Source: an uncultured Poribacteria bacterium (GTDB taxonomy: Bacteria > Poribacteria > WGA-4E > WGA-3G). From it: DNA of 64,000 bases. Made by a program: the position numbers and the translations under genes. Positions 20,256 through 30,167 of this stretch are shown one piece after another; positions within the stretch are counted from its first letter, which is position 1, and every line of letters begins with the position of its first letter. Location of the stretch: assembly GCA_951813565.1 (NCBI GenBank), contig OX638351.1, forward strand, positions 3,840,001-3,904,000, written 5' to 3'. The notes beneath the pieces were generated by a model. That model had not been told where the DNA came from and ran no database searches. It saw nothing but the letters and a program-made list of their open reading frames with translations.

Positions 20256-21296
20256 ATGCACAACGAACAACATTTTGACACCTTAACTTTTTCACATCAG
20301 TTATACGATGAAATACCGCGCGAATTGGAATTCCGAGCAACGACTGCCGCTGAAGCGGAAGCATGGCAAGAAGTTCTGCGCGAAAAACTTATTGAATTGA
20401 TAGGCGGTTTTCCGCCAACGCAGTGCGACCTACAACCAGAGACCTTAGAGATACGTGAATTCGAGACGTATATTCGTGAAACAGTGCTGTTTCAGAGTCG
20501 TCCAAATATGACGACCTACGGATATTTCCTTACACCAACACACGCAGGCATTTCAACACCGAACGCGACGATTCTCTGTTTAGCGGGACACGGGCGCGGC
20601 GTAGATGACATTGTTGGCATTGAAGAAGACGGCACGATGCGTGAGGAATTTGGTGGGTATCAGAACGATTTTGCCCTCCAATGTTTAGCCCACGGCTATA
20701 CTGTGCTTGCCATAGAACAATTCGGGTTCGGTCATAGGAGAGATGCGGTTTCACGTGAGAGAGGCGGAGGTAGTTCATCGTGTCAACCGAGTGCAGGGGC
20801 AGCTTTGCTCCTTGGACAGACGATGGTCGGATGGCGAGTTTATGATGCCATGCGTGCGTATGATTATTTAGCTACGCGCTCTGAAGTTGATATGAATCGA
20901 CTCGGTATAATGGGGATTTCTGGTGGTGGAACAACTTCATTTTTTACTACGGCAATTGACCAACGTGTGAGGGCTGCGGTTATAAGCGGATATTTCAATA
21001 CATTTAAGGATAGCATTTTGAGCATTAGTCATTGTATAGACAATTATATACCAAATGTGCTACAATATGCTGAGATGTACGATATTGCCGGATTAATCGC
21101 GCCGCGCGCACTCTTTGTAGAGTCTGGTACGGAAGATACCATTTTTCCAATTGCGGCTACCCGTGCATCGGTAGAACGTGCAAAAACAATCTTTAAGCAC
21201 TTCAATGCAGAAGATAAATTGGGCTTTGAAGTATTTGAAGCGGGACATAGTTTTTACGGTGTCGGAGCGTTTGAGTTTCTCAAACAGGTTTTGTAA
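20256..21296 (+). CDS. Alpha/beta hydrolase (dienelactone hydrolase/acetylxylan esterase-like)
   Basis: GHG, GISGGG nucleophile elbow, D..FP, GH. Confidence 0.85.
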   Translation: MHNEQHFDTLTFSHQLYDEIPRELEFRATTAAEAEAWQEVLREKLIELIGGFPPTQCDLQPETLEIREFETYIRETVLFQSRPNMTTYGYFLTPTHAGISTPNATILCLAGHGRGVDDIVGIEEDGTMREEFGGYQNDFALQCLAHGYTVLAIEQFGFGHRRDAVSRERGGGSSSCQPSAGAALLLGQTMVGWRVYDAMRAYDYLATRSEVDMNRLGIMGISGGGTTSFFTTAIDQRVRAAVISGYFNTFKDSILSISHCIDNYIPNVLQYAEMYDIAGLIAPRALFVESGTEDTIFPIAATRASVERAKTIFKHFNAEDKLGFEVFEAGHSFYGVGAFEFLKQVL

Positions 21297-21308
21297 AAGG
21301 AGAATTAG

Positions 21309-22103
21309 GTGGCGATAGAACTGTTTTCAATCGGAACTGAGTTAGTGCTTGGGCAAATTCAGGATACGAATGCCCATTGGATTGCACAGCAAATACTCCA
21401 ACTCGGTGGGGAATTACGGCGTGTAACGATGCTCCGTGATGATTTTGATGAGATGACTGAAGCATTGGATACTGCAATTCAACGTGAAACAGCGCTCATT
21501 CTAATGACAGGCGGCCTTGGACCGACACCGGACGATATGACGGTAGCTGTTGTGGCATCGCTCATAGGAACAAAACCTGTTGTAAACGAAGAGACCCTTG
21601 CAGAATATCGTAAACGCCGCGAGATGTCAGAAAACGATCCATTGAATGACGCTCTAACCAAAATGGCAACTGTGCCAGAAACAGCAGAAGTCCTCCAGAA
21701 TCCAGCAGGATGGGCACCGTGTATCAGTGTATCTCATAAGCAATCGACGCTCATGATGATGCCCGGTCCACCGCGTGAAATGAAAGCGGTTTTTGAAACA
21801 CATATCCAACCACTTATTGTTGAACGTTACCGTTCTGAGATTAGCACCGCACGGGTATTTGTAAATATGTTTGAAGCTGAAGTTTCACCACTGATGCAAA
21901 AGGTGATGGAACGTCATCCAGATGTGTATCTAAAGGCTTATGTCGCCTTGCGTGAAGTTGGCGGCAACATGATGCCTGTTGATCTTGTTTCAACAAGCAG
22001 CAAAAAAGAGGAGTCTGAAAATCAACTCCAATTAGCAATAAATTATTTTCAAGAACTTGTTCTTGAAGCAGGCAAATCCTTCAGTTATGAAGATCAATCT
22101 TAA
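21309..22103 (+). CDS. CinA-like molybdopterin-binding domain protein
   Basis: IGTEL..G...DTNA, GGLGPT.DDMT, MPGPPREM. Confidence 0.88.
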   Translation: MAIELFSIGTELVLGQIQDTNAHWIAQQILQLGGELRRVTMLRDDFDEMTEALDTAIQRETALILMTGGLGPTPDDMTVAVVASLIGTKPVVNEETLAEYRKRREMSENDPLNDALTKMATVPETAEVLQNPAGWAPCISVSHKQSTLMMMPGPPREMKAVFETHIQPLIVERYRSEISTARVFVNMFEAEVSPLMQKVMERHPDVYLKAYVALREVGGNMMPVDLVSTSSKKEESENQLQLAINYFQELVLEAGKSFSYEDQS

Positions 22104-22179
22104 TTTGTAGGTACATAAGTTGTTTCCTACAAGTTGATTTACAATTTCTATTACTTTCAAAAGAAAGGAGAACTATATT

Positions 22180-22542
22180 TTGAATCGTAAACCTTCAGGA
22201 AATAAGAGAAGACCGCAGGCAAGGTTTTCAAACCAAAGAGGTCCGAAACGGAAGCAAAAACCGAAAAAACGAAAAGATGATTCTGTAGATGTTGATGTTG
22301 AAAATAAAGATGTTGAACGAACCCCTTCTCAAAGCGATAAAATCGAGGTAGAAGGTGTTGTTGTTGAACCTTTACCAAACGCAATGTTTCGTGTGGAGTT
22401 GGAAAATAAGCACCGAATACTTGCGCATATCTCTGGTAGAATGCGGAAATTCTTTATCAAAATTTTGCCGGGTGATAAGGTGACGGTAGAATTGTCTCCG
22501 TATGATTTGACGCGAGGCCGTATCACCTATCGGAAAAAGTAG
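22180..22542 (+). CDS. infA: Translation initiation factor IF-1 with charged N-terminal extension
   Basis: [29 protein letters not shown]...[33 protein letters not shown] before TTG. Confidence 0.95.
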   Translation: MNRKPSGNKRRPQARFSNQRGPKRKQKPKKRKDDSVDVDVENKDVERTPSQSDKIEVEGVVVEPLPNAMFRVELENKHRILAHISGRMRKFFIKILPGDKVTVELSPYDLTRGRITYRKK

Positions 22543-22564
22543 TTTTTTGCTGGTTATTATTTTA

Positions 22565-23972
22565 CGCAATAAGTAGTTTTGGACTTGCAACAAAATTTTA
22601 AAAATCGCTCTAAATCCTTGTGTAGACTACATTTTTCGCTTGTTTTAATTGTGAAAATATGATACAATTTAGATAAGAAATTAGAGGGCTGTTAACCCCC
22701 TAATTGAACACAAAAAAGCGAGTTGCTTTTCTGGCATTCTGTCTTATCTAGTTATTGTATCAGAAACCTGTCAGAAAAAGCAACTCCTAAAAAGGAGTTT
22801 TCTGATGGATTTGTTGAAAGTGATGGAACGATTCCCTGATCAAGAGAGTTGTATTGAACATTTAGAGAGTATTCGGTGGAAGGGTAAACCGAAGTGTCCA
22901 CATTGTGATTGCCCAAACGTTGCAAGACGAACAGAAACGGAATTGGGACGCATCGGACGCTTGCAATGCCACGATTGCACTGCTACTTTCAAGGTTACTT
23001 GTGGCACGGTGTTTCACGGGACAAAGATAGCACTTCAGAAGTGGTTTTTGGCTATCTCGTTGATGACGAATGCTAAAAAGAGCCTTTCAAGTCATCAGTT
23101 GGCAAGAGATTTGGACTTGGATCAAAAGACTGCGTGGCGTATGGGAACATGTATCCGTGCTGAAATGGCTAAAGATAATATCCTCTTACAAGGTATCATA
23201 GAGGCTGACGAAACTTATGTCGGGGGTAAACCTCGCAAAGCGAACAAAAAAGAGGACAGGGATCCTGCTAAGCGTGGGCGTGGCACTGATAAAGATGCTA
23301 TCATCGGAGCGATTGAACGCGGTGGGAAAGTTGTGGCAAGACTCGCAAAAGATTTGACGGGACGGACTATCTTAAATTTTATTCGCGAAGTTGTTAAAGT
23401 AGATAAATCGCAGTTGATGACTGATGAGTATAAGGCTTATCTCACACTCGGTAAAGAGATGAAGCACCATATCATTGATCATCAAGAACAATTTGTTGAC
23501 GGTGATGTCCATACCAATACGATTGAAGGCTTCTGGTCACTTCTCAAACGTGCTTGGTATGGAAGTCATCACCACTATTGGACTGAATACACGCCCCTAT
23601 ATGTCGCAGAGGCGTGCTATAAATACAACTATAGGAGCATTGAGAGCATTTTTGATAAGTTTGTCAATGAGAGTATGAGATGAAGACTCACTCAACGATG
23701 GCAGAAGAACTTAAAGAATAAGGTCTTGACAAGCTGGACCACACTAATATCACAACGGCAAAACGATTAGAAGAATTGTCTGCCGTTGCAAAGTATCTAT
23801 CAAGCGCGCTCAACTTTTATACCGATGTGAGTTGGAGGGGCAGAAGTTCTCGCAGATTAGAGTTAGAAATTAGTCTTCGCCGTTTAGTGCTTTTCCGAAT
23901 TCTCATACCCTATTAAGTATAAATTTCCATAACGCTTAAGGGCTTTTTGCAAGTCCAAAACTACTTATTGCG
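22565..23972 (+). mobile_element. Complete IS1595-family insertion sequence
   Basis: 26-bp perfect TIR cgcaataagtagttttggacttgcaa; 8-bp TSD ttatttta (22557-22564/23973-23980). Confidence 0.95.
22805..23683 (+). CDS. IS1595-family DDE transposase
   Basis: CPHC/CHDC zinc ribbon, EADETYVGG, TDEY, HTNTIEGFWSLLKR. Confidence 0.95.
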   Translation: MDLLKVMERFPDQESCIEHLESIRWKGKPKCPHCDCPNVARRTETELGRIGRLQCHDCTATFKVTCGTVFHGTKIALQKWFLAISLMTNAKKSLSSHQLARDLDLDQKTAWRMGTCIRAEMAKDNILLQGIIEADETYVGGKPRKANKKEDRDPAKRGRGTDKDAIIGAIERGGKVVARLAKDLTGRTILNFIREVVKVDKSQLMTDEYKAYLTLGKEMKHHIIDHQEQFVDGDVHTNTIEGFWSLLKRAWYGSHHHYWTEYTPLYVAEACYKYNYRSIESIFDKFVNESMR

Positions 23973-24075
23973 TTATTTTATTGCAAGAGGCGACTCTTTA
24001 GACTGCTGCACATTTAGGTAATCCTGAAACTTCAGGTAGATAATTCAATAAACTTCTGTTCTGTAGGGAAGAATC

Positions 24076-24900
24076 ATGAAACCTGCTACCTTAGTTTATA
24101 TCAATAGCAACGATGAAAAGGAAATTCACAAACTGCTTCAGGCTATTGAAGAAAAACGTGAACAGGTAGAAGAACTTACGGTATCTGTGGAGAACCTTAA
24201 AGCAGAAGTTGACCTGTTTCAGCATCGGTATAATGCACACATTGGACGTTATTACCTTGAGCTTGATAAGGTTGAGCTTGAAGCGAAGGAATATCGTCTC
24301 CGTCTACAATTACGCCGAGAGGATGTGAGTGAGGAAGAGATAGAGGCACGGGTAGAATCCTGCTTCCGAGAAAACCGCACGCGAATTGATGCATGTGAAG
24401 CACAGAAAGAGGATGCACAAGAATCTCAAAAAAACGAACTTCCAGACAAGGAAGTGAAGTTCCTGCAAAATCTCTACCGTAAACTTGCCAAAAGATTTCA
24501 TCCAGACAAAGCGGAGCATCCTGATGAGCAAAACCGTCGAGAACAGTTAATGCCGCTTATCAACCGCGCATATCACGAGCAAGATGTTGAAATTTTGAAA
24601 CGTCTAAGTATTGGTGAGACAGACATAGAAATTGATTCTGAGCATACAACGGCAGAAAAAAGAGAACGGTTGCAGTCAGAATTGCGAAGCCTAAACCGAG
24701 TAACAGCAGAATTACGTTCAGAGATAAATCGGGTTAAGGCAGGACGCACCTATCGGTTGAAAGAGCAAGTAGAAACTGCCGAAAAAAATGGGAACGACCT
24801 TCTAACCACTCTCGCCGCTGATTTGAAACGTAAAGTCCAGTCAGGTCACGCGCAATTGACCCGTCTAATTAATATGTGGAGGCGTTCAAAAAACTCTTAA
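24076..24900 (+). CDS. Coiled-coil J-domain protein
   Basis: YRKLAKRFHPDK..M..IN.AY. Confidence 0.85.
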   Translation: MKPATLVYINSNDEKEIHKLLQAIEEKREQVEELTVSVENLKAEVDLFQHRYNAHIGRYYLELDKVELEAKEYRLRLQLRREDVSEEEIEARVESCFRENRTRIDACEAQKEDAQESQKNELPDKEVKFLQNLYRKLAKRFHPDKAEHPDEQNRREQLMPLINRAYHEQDVEILKRLSIGETDIEIDSEHTTAEKRERLQSELRSLNRVTAELRSEINRVKAGRTYRLKEQVETAEKNGNDLLTTLAADLKRKVQSGHAQLTRLINMWRRSKNS

Positions 24901-24942
24901 CTATTTCATAAACTATATCCAATAATTGATTTTACGTAAATA

Positions 24943-25094
24943 ACCCAAGTTGCTACCTATATCGCGAATGCTCTTGTAGGAGGGGTTTCTAACCCCGATT
25001 TAGAAAAGAAAGCATAAGAATTAGCTGGAAATCCTTGTTTTTCAGTAAAAAGCAATGTCTGCAAGCTTGAAATCTTGTCCGTAGCAACTTAGGT
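24943..25094. mobile_element. IS982-like MITE (family A, copy 2)
   Basis: Reverse-complement homologue of 2984-3136; 7-bp TSD gtaaata. Confidence 0.85.
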
Positions 25095-25116
25095 GTAAAT
25101 ACAGAAGGAATCATTT

Positions 25117-25851
25117 ATGCAACTAACCAACAAAGTCGCCATTGTCACTGGTGCTGGACGAGGAATCGGTAGAGCAATTGCCATTGCTTACGCTGCAGAA
25201 GGTGCTAATGTTGTGATCGCAGCACGAAGCGAGGATCAACTTAATGAGGTGGCAGATGAGATTTCAGCAAATGGTGGAAATGTTCTGGTAGTGCCAACTG
25301 ATTTACGTAACCGCACTGAGGTGGAAAATCTTGTCCAAAAGACAATGGAAAGTTTCCAACAAATAGACATCCTTGTCAATAATGCTGGTATCAATCCAAG
25401 GGGTTTGTTTTTAGACACAACAGATAAAGAATGGGATGAAGTATGGAAGATCAACGTTATGGGTGTTGTCCACTGTTGCCGCGCAGTATTACCTATAATG
25501 AAACAGCAGAAAAGTGGCAATATCATCAACATTGGCTCTGGGATGGGGCAAGTTGGTCATGCTAACCTTAGCATCTATTGTGCCTCTAAAGCTGCTTTGC
25601 ACGGGTTGACGCAAGCAATTGCTGAAGAGGTGTGGCAGGACGGCATTATCGCTAATGTCCTGATACCCGGTCCAGTCAAAACAGAACTCTCAAAACCTGT
25701 TTGGAAAGATGAAAAAATCTTCAGGGCACAAAGCGATCCATGGAAGGAGCCGGAGCTGGTTGTTCCATCCGCGCTTTTCCTTGCAACGCAGCCCACTGAC
25801 AGCGGCATGACAGGACAGATTATGAGCATCATGCGCCGGAATAGTCCGTAA
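25117..25851 (+). CDS. Short-chain dehydrogenase/reductase
   Basis: TGAGRGIG, NNAG, YCASK. Confidence 0.92.
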   Translation: MQLTNKVAIVTGAGRGIGRAIAIAYAAEGANVVIAARSEDQLNEVADEISANGGNVLVVPTDLRNRTEVENLVQKTMESFQQIDILVNNAGINPRGLFLDTTDKEWDEVWKINVMGVVHCCRAVLPIMKQQKSGNIINIGSGMGQVGHANLSIYCASKAALHGLTQAIAEEVWQDGIIANVLIPGPVKTELSKPVWKDEKIFRAQSDPWKEPELVVPSALFLATQPTDSGMTGQIMSIMRRNSP

Positions 25852-25887
25852 ACGTGTGCTTGCGAGTGAATGTAGGAGTTATTTTTT

Positions 25888-26940
25888 TTATAACGGAAAC
25901 GAAATTCGTCGCCCTTCTTGTGCCGAACGATACGCTCCCAAAACCATCTCCACAGAAACCCGACCGGCTTCAACAGACACATCCGGTTCAGTATCATTCT
26001 TAAGGCAGTTAATAAATGGACGCGGAACACCTGCAATCCGTTCACCATGGCTATTCGGGATTGCGATCCCAAGGTCTTTCCATGTGGGTTCATCTCGTGT
26101 ATACAGTTTTAATGCCACTGCATTTTCAGGACGCGGCATATTACACGAAGGTCCATCACCATAGTTCTGAATGACAACACCCTCATCACCATAAATTTCA
26201 GTCGTATTTTCGCCAGCGAGTGTCACAGAAGTGTTAATCAGGATAGCCATCGTGCCACCCGAAAACCGATAGACTGCAACGCCTGTGTCATCAGGCGCGA
26301 CGTCTGTCAGAACATTATCAATTTCGGCAATGACACTGGTCGGTTTTCCCAGCATCCAGTAAATGAAATCGGTCGCATGAGAGGCATCGTCCATGAACAT
26401 GCCCATATTCTTCTCTGGGTCAATGTGCCAACGACTTGGTCCCGTTACAAAAGCCTCACTAAAGAGGACATTGATGCAGTGCCGCCGTCGCAGCATCCCT
26501 ATTTTACCTAATACGCCACTCTCAATAAGTTTTTTCATTGCGATATTAGCAGGATCACGGCGCATCTGGTGCGCCATCATGAACTTAACACCTGATTTTT
26601 GCACCGCCTCGGCAATTTTATCACAATCTTCCAATGTGAGTGCCATCGGTTTTTGACAAAGAATGTTTTTACCTTCCGATGCTGCTGCCGCTACCATCTC
26701 CGCATGCCGATTTGTTTCGCACGTCACGATAACGGCATCTATTTCTGGATGATTAACAATATCCTCAAGGTGAGGTGAGAAGTTCATCCCAAATTGTGAA
26801 GCGGCGTTTTCGCCACGTTCAACGTTATCATCCCAACATGCAATGAGTTTAACATCATCAAACGTTTGCATCCTGTTGCAGTATGCGTTCGCGTGTCCAT
26901 GCGCAAAACTTATTATTCCAATACCAATCTTTGTATTCAT
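25888..26940 (-). CDS. Gfo/Idh/MocA family oxidoreductase
   Basis: CQKPMA, G.F.DDASH; ATG overlaps the PIN gene stop. Confidence 0.88.
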   Translation of the reverse strand: MNTKIGIGIISFAHGHANAYCNRMQTFDDVKLIACWDDNVERGENAASQFGMNFSPHLEDIVNHPEIDAVIVTCETNRHAEMVAAAASEGKNILCQKPMALTLEDCDKIAEAVQKSGVKFMMAHQMRRDPANIAMKKLIESGVLGKIGMLRRRHCINVLFSEAFVTGPSRWHIDPEKNMGMFMDDASHATDFIYWMLGKPTSVIAEIDNVLTDVAPDDTGVAVYRFSGGTMAILINTSVTLAGENTTEIYGDEGVVIQNYGDGPSCNMPRPENAVALKLYTRDEPTWKDLGIAIPNSHGERIAGVPRPFINCLKNDTEPDVSVEAGRVSVEMVLGAYRSAQEGRRISFPL

Positions 26941-27440
26941 ATATGTGTAATCCAATCTGTAAGAGGCTGTTGCGAATCAACTTCTGGGTTAAAGACAAGC
27001 AGTCCTTCAGTCTGCGCAGCTCTGAGGAGACGTTGATCAGAAGCAACGAGTACTAACTTATTACCAGTATTGCGAAGTTCTGTTGCAATGTCCAACGCGG
27101 AACGAAGCACCATTGCATCAACGCTATTGAGCGAGTGTGTTTCAATCAAACACATTGAGTTTAAAACAAGCGTATCTGGAATGGAAATCGTTTTGAATTC
27201 TGATTGTCTATTGATCACTTCACTTTTTAAATGGGTGACAGCGCGGGCAAACTCATTCTTTGTGATGCGACTATCGTTTCCTTTACGGACACAAATCCAA
27301 AGGACTTCCACAACTCCGAGCATCAAACACTGCATACGCCCTAAAGAAGTATTGGCAAAAAGGAAATTGACACTATCACTTCCGACTTCCCTTGTATACC
27401 GTTTAACTAATGCACTTGCATCGAAATAGTAAATACTTAT
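26937..27440 (-). CDS. VapC/PIN-domain toxin with non-canonical (ATA) start; possibly a pseudogene
   Basis: The frame extends 35 codons upstream of the listed ATG as ISIYYFDASALVKRY; L.S.DA..L and ASDQRLL.AA..EGL. Confidence 0.75.
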   Translation of the reverse strand: MSIYYFDASALVKRYTREVGSDSVNFLFANTSLGRMQCLMLGVVEVLWICVRKGNDSRITKNEFARAVTHLKSEVINRQSEFKTISIPDTLVLNSMCLIETHSLNSVDAMVLRSALDIATELRNTGNKLVLVASDQRLLRAAQTEGLLVFNPEVDSQQPLTDWITHI

Positions 27441-27787
27441 TTCTCCCGTTCTTCAATAATTGCACGGCTAAACTCGTTATCCTCAGCACGAATGCCGTGT
27501 TGCTTCATACTTTCATGAAGTTCTTCAATGGGCCTAAGTTCAAAGTCAGGTGAAATACCCATTTTTTCATATATTTCGGCAAAGATTTTCTTGGCAATGT
27601 GAGCATCACTCTTGTCACTGTACAAACTACTCTTCGACTCTTCCTCACTTGTTTTGGATTTCTCAGCAGAATCTGCCACTAATTCCTTGACCAATAAGGA
27701 AAGCTGCATATTTATATTCGTAACTACTTTTTCCAATCTATCTAAACGTTCAACAACACCTTCAAGTGTAACATTTTCCATCATCAA
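27437..27787 (-). CDS. Putative antitoxin of the PIN toxin
   Basis: Small acidic protein ending SRAIIEERE; stop overlaps the toxin start; AGGAGG RBS. Confidence 0.65.
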   Translation of the reverse strand: MMMENVTLEGVVERLDRLEKVVTNINMQLSLLVKELVADSAEKSKTSEEESKSSLYSDKSDAHIAKKIFAEIYEKMGISPDFELRPIEELHESMKQHGIRAEDNEFSRAIIEEREK

Positions 27788-27795
27788 ATCCTCCT

Positions 27796-29436
27796 TTATT
27801 TCTCGTGTAATGCTTTATTTTCTAAAACAATCCCCACCTCTGCAACCACTCCATCCTCACCAGTGTGGACATCAGCCGTAATCGGACCGAGGGACTCCAA
27901 CGGAAATAGGTTATTTTTGATATGCTGCATTAAAACGGCATCCAATTTTTGTCCCGAAAGAGAAGCAAGCAATGTTGCTAACGGTATAAGACGTTTTATT
28001 TCCGGCACGAGCAGATTTGGTTGAATGAATGTCTGCGTACCTTTGCCAGCAAAGGTTACGTCACTTAATGTTGGCGTGTCATCTGAATACGTATCAAGCA
28101 CAGATTTTAAACCTGATAGAGTCGTGCTAAAGAAAAAATCGTTATTCACAACAGCATGCGCGCCGGTAAATGCCAATAAAATGTTGAGACGTAACCGAAC
28201 TGGTTGCACAGTTATTCCATTATAGTCTTGCGTTTCAAGGAATTCAAATGGTGTGTCAGCCACGGAAATTTTCGTGCTTTTCAACTTTGCGATATTTTCA
28301 GCAAATGCAAGCTTGTTTTGTATTGGGGCCTGCAAAACTAATGAGGGAAATTTTGATACCTCTCCTTCGTTGTGCGTAATCAATGCGATGGTCATTTCCT
28401 GTTTTAAATGTTGAGACAAATTGAATGTAGCTGAATCAATTTCAATCGCCAAGTTTTCTTTTAACATTTTCCACGTTTTAGCCCAATCGTGGTGTGGGTT
28501 GAATGTAGCTAACGCTGTTTGCTCGGGAAGAAATGAAGGTTTGCGTTGTGCTCCTGATTGAGATGAAACAGGTTTATTGGGATTTCCAAAACGATACCTT
28601 GAAATAATTGCACCGTCTTCATACCGATTGCCTAAGGTACAATATTCTGCTTTTCCAGACCATGCAGATAACAGTTCAACAAGGGAATTCTCTTCTAATC
28701 CTTTCAATACAGATGTGAGACGTGGCACATCTAAATATCCCGTATTTGTATCGTTGTCGTAACTCTTTTGTATATTCTCCTTTATGGGATGTCGGACAAG
28801 GAAACCGTCCTTTTTTTTAGCATAGATGTCAATTACTTCAGCTAAAAGCAACGGATTCAGACTTAAAACACCTATTTTTCCGATGAACGTATAACTAAAA
28901 TCAAGCGGATATCCGGTAATGGTATTGATGGTTAGTCCGTTGTATTCGGTCTGGATTCGTTTGTATTTGGGGTTAATTGCATCAGTAGCGGTAATTGCCT
29001 CAATGGCAAGTTTTTCTGGCCCGCCCACTTCTGTGATTAGTAGGAACGAGAGTTCGCCTTCACGTTGGTAAAGTGCAAGAATCGCTTCTGTGCCGAAATG
29101 TCCTTTGACCGCTCCCATGTCAAGTCTGCCGCCCATTTCGGATTCCCACACCCACTTTTGATATACGAGTTGTCTCCACCAGAGTTGCTTTTTGATGTGG
29201 CTGAGGATCGGCATTTGCGCAGCTTGTTTTCCCAGTTCGCTGCGGTTAAACGTCTTAACAAGTCCTTCTAATTCCTTAAGTGTTAGGTAACAAATTGGGG
29301 ATTCAGGGAGTAGCGTGATAAGACTCTGTTCAGGTTTCCAAAGAGAGGTTTGTCGGTAAATAAGCGTGGACAATACAATGATACCTATTAGGATGATTAG
29401 AATTATGAAGATGAGTTTTTTTCTTGAAATTCGCAT
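27796..29436 (-). CDS. Hypothetical membrane-anchored protein
   Basis: 546-aa ORF with N-terminal TM helix. Confidence 0.7.
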   Translation of the reverse strand: MRISRKKLIFIILIILIGIIVLSTLIYRQTSLWKPEQSLITLLPESPICYLTLKELEGLVKTFNRSELGKQAAQMPILSHIKKQLWWRQLVYQKWVWESEMGGRLDMGAVKGHFGTEAILALYQREGELSFLLITEVGGPEKLAIEAITATDAINPKYKRIQTEYNGLTINTITGYPLDFSYTFIGKIGVLSLNPLLLAEVIDIYAKKKDGFLVRHPIKENIQKSYDNDTNTGYLDVPRLTSVLKGLEENSLVELLSAWSGKAEYCTLGNRYEDGAIISRYRFGNPNKPVSSQSGAQRKPSFLPEQTALATFNPHHDWAKTWKMLKENLAIEIDSATFNLSQHLKQEMTIALITHNEGEVSKFPSLVLQAPIQNKLAFAENIAKLKSTKISVADTPFEFLETQDYNGITVQPVRLRLNILLAFTGAHAVVNNDFFFSTTLSGLKSVLDTYSDDTPTLSDVTFAGKGTQTFIQPNLLVPEIKRLIPLATLLASLSGQKLDAVLMQHIKNNLFPLESLGPITADVHTGEDGVVAEVGIVLENKALHEK

Positions 29437-30167
29437 GACGGTTGAAACCGCTCTTATACTTCAAGTTTATTATTATTGATTATAGCACACCACGTGCGTA
29501 GTAGACAATTCAAAAAAGAGTGTAAAAATTTTGGCGAAAGTTTACCCGCCGATTTTTTGGTCTGAATTACCGTTGGCACTTCAAGCATTTGGAGGCACGC
29601 AATTCATTGCGCCTCTTATTTCTTCTAAGTTGTGGTAAACGCATGGCACCAAATACTTCGCTTTTATGCCTAATTTGTCAAAAACTTGACATATCCAAAT
29701 TTTTCGTGTGTAATTGCTGTCAAAAGTGCTAAAGTTAATATTTTTGCAATTTTCTTATAAAAAATTGACATCGTTCGCAAATCATGATATACCACATATC
29801 AGATGGATTTATTTTTTTATTATGGGAATGAAAATGAGAAGCAGGTTGTTATTAAAAAATAGACGTACAAGGTGTTTATCATCTAAGCAGATTATCACAC
29901 TACTACACATAAACATGTTTTTTCATTCGTTGTGCCCCCCCGAAAATCCGCTAACTTTTTCATATTACAAATCTATATTTGGAGTCTTCACCATCGCGCT
30001 GCCTTTTTGCGTGCGCTTCGTTTGGGCTCTTTTTTGTTGCAGGTGGGGTTTTGTATCCAGAAACACAAGCCATAGAAAAACTGTTTATCTTAAATCAAAG
30101 GCGTGTTAACATGTGGCTTATACATTAGCGTTCTAACCTGAGGAATCTTAAACAAGGAGATAACAAA

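Noticed and set aside
22221..22230. 10-nt match (aaggttttca) to the copy-2 omegaRNA guide inside infA
   Set aside because: Short, not preceded by TTAAC, and plausible by chance.
29714..30109. 131-aa ORF in the long intergenic region
   Set aside because: Low-complexity AT-rich composition, overlaps promoter-like motifs, no RBS.
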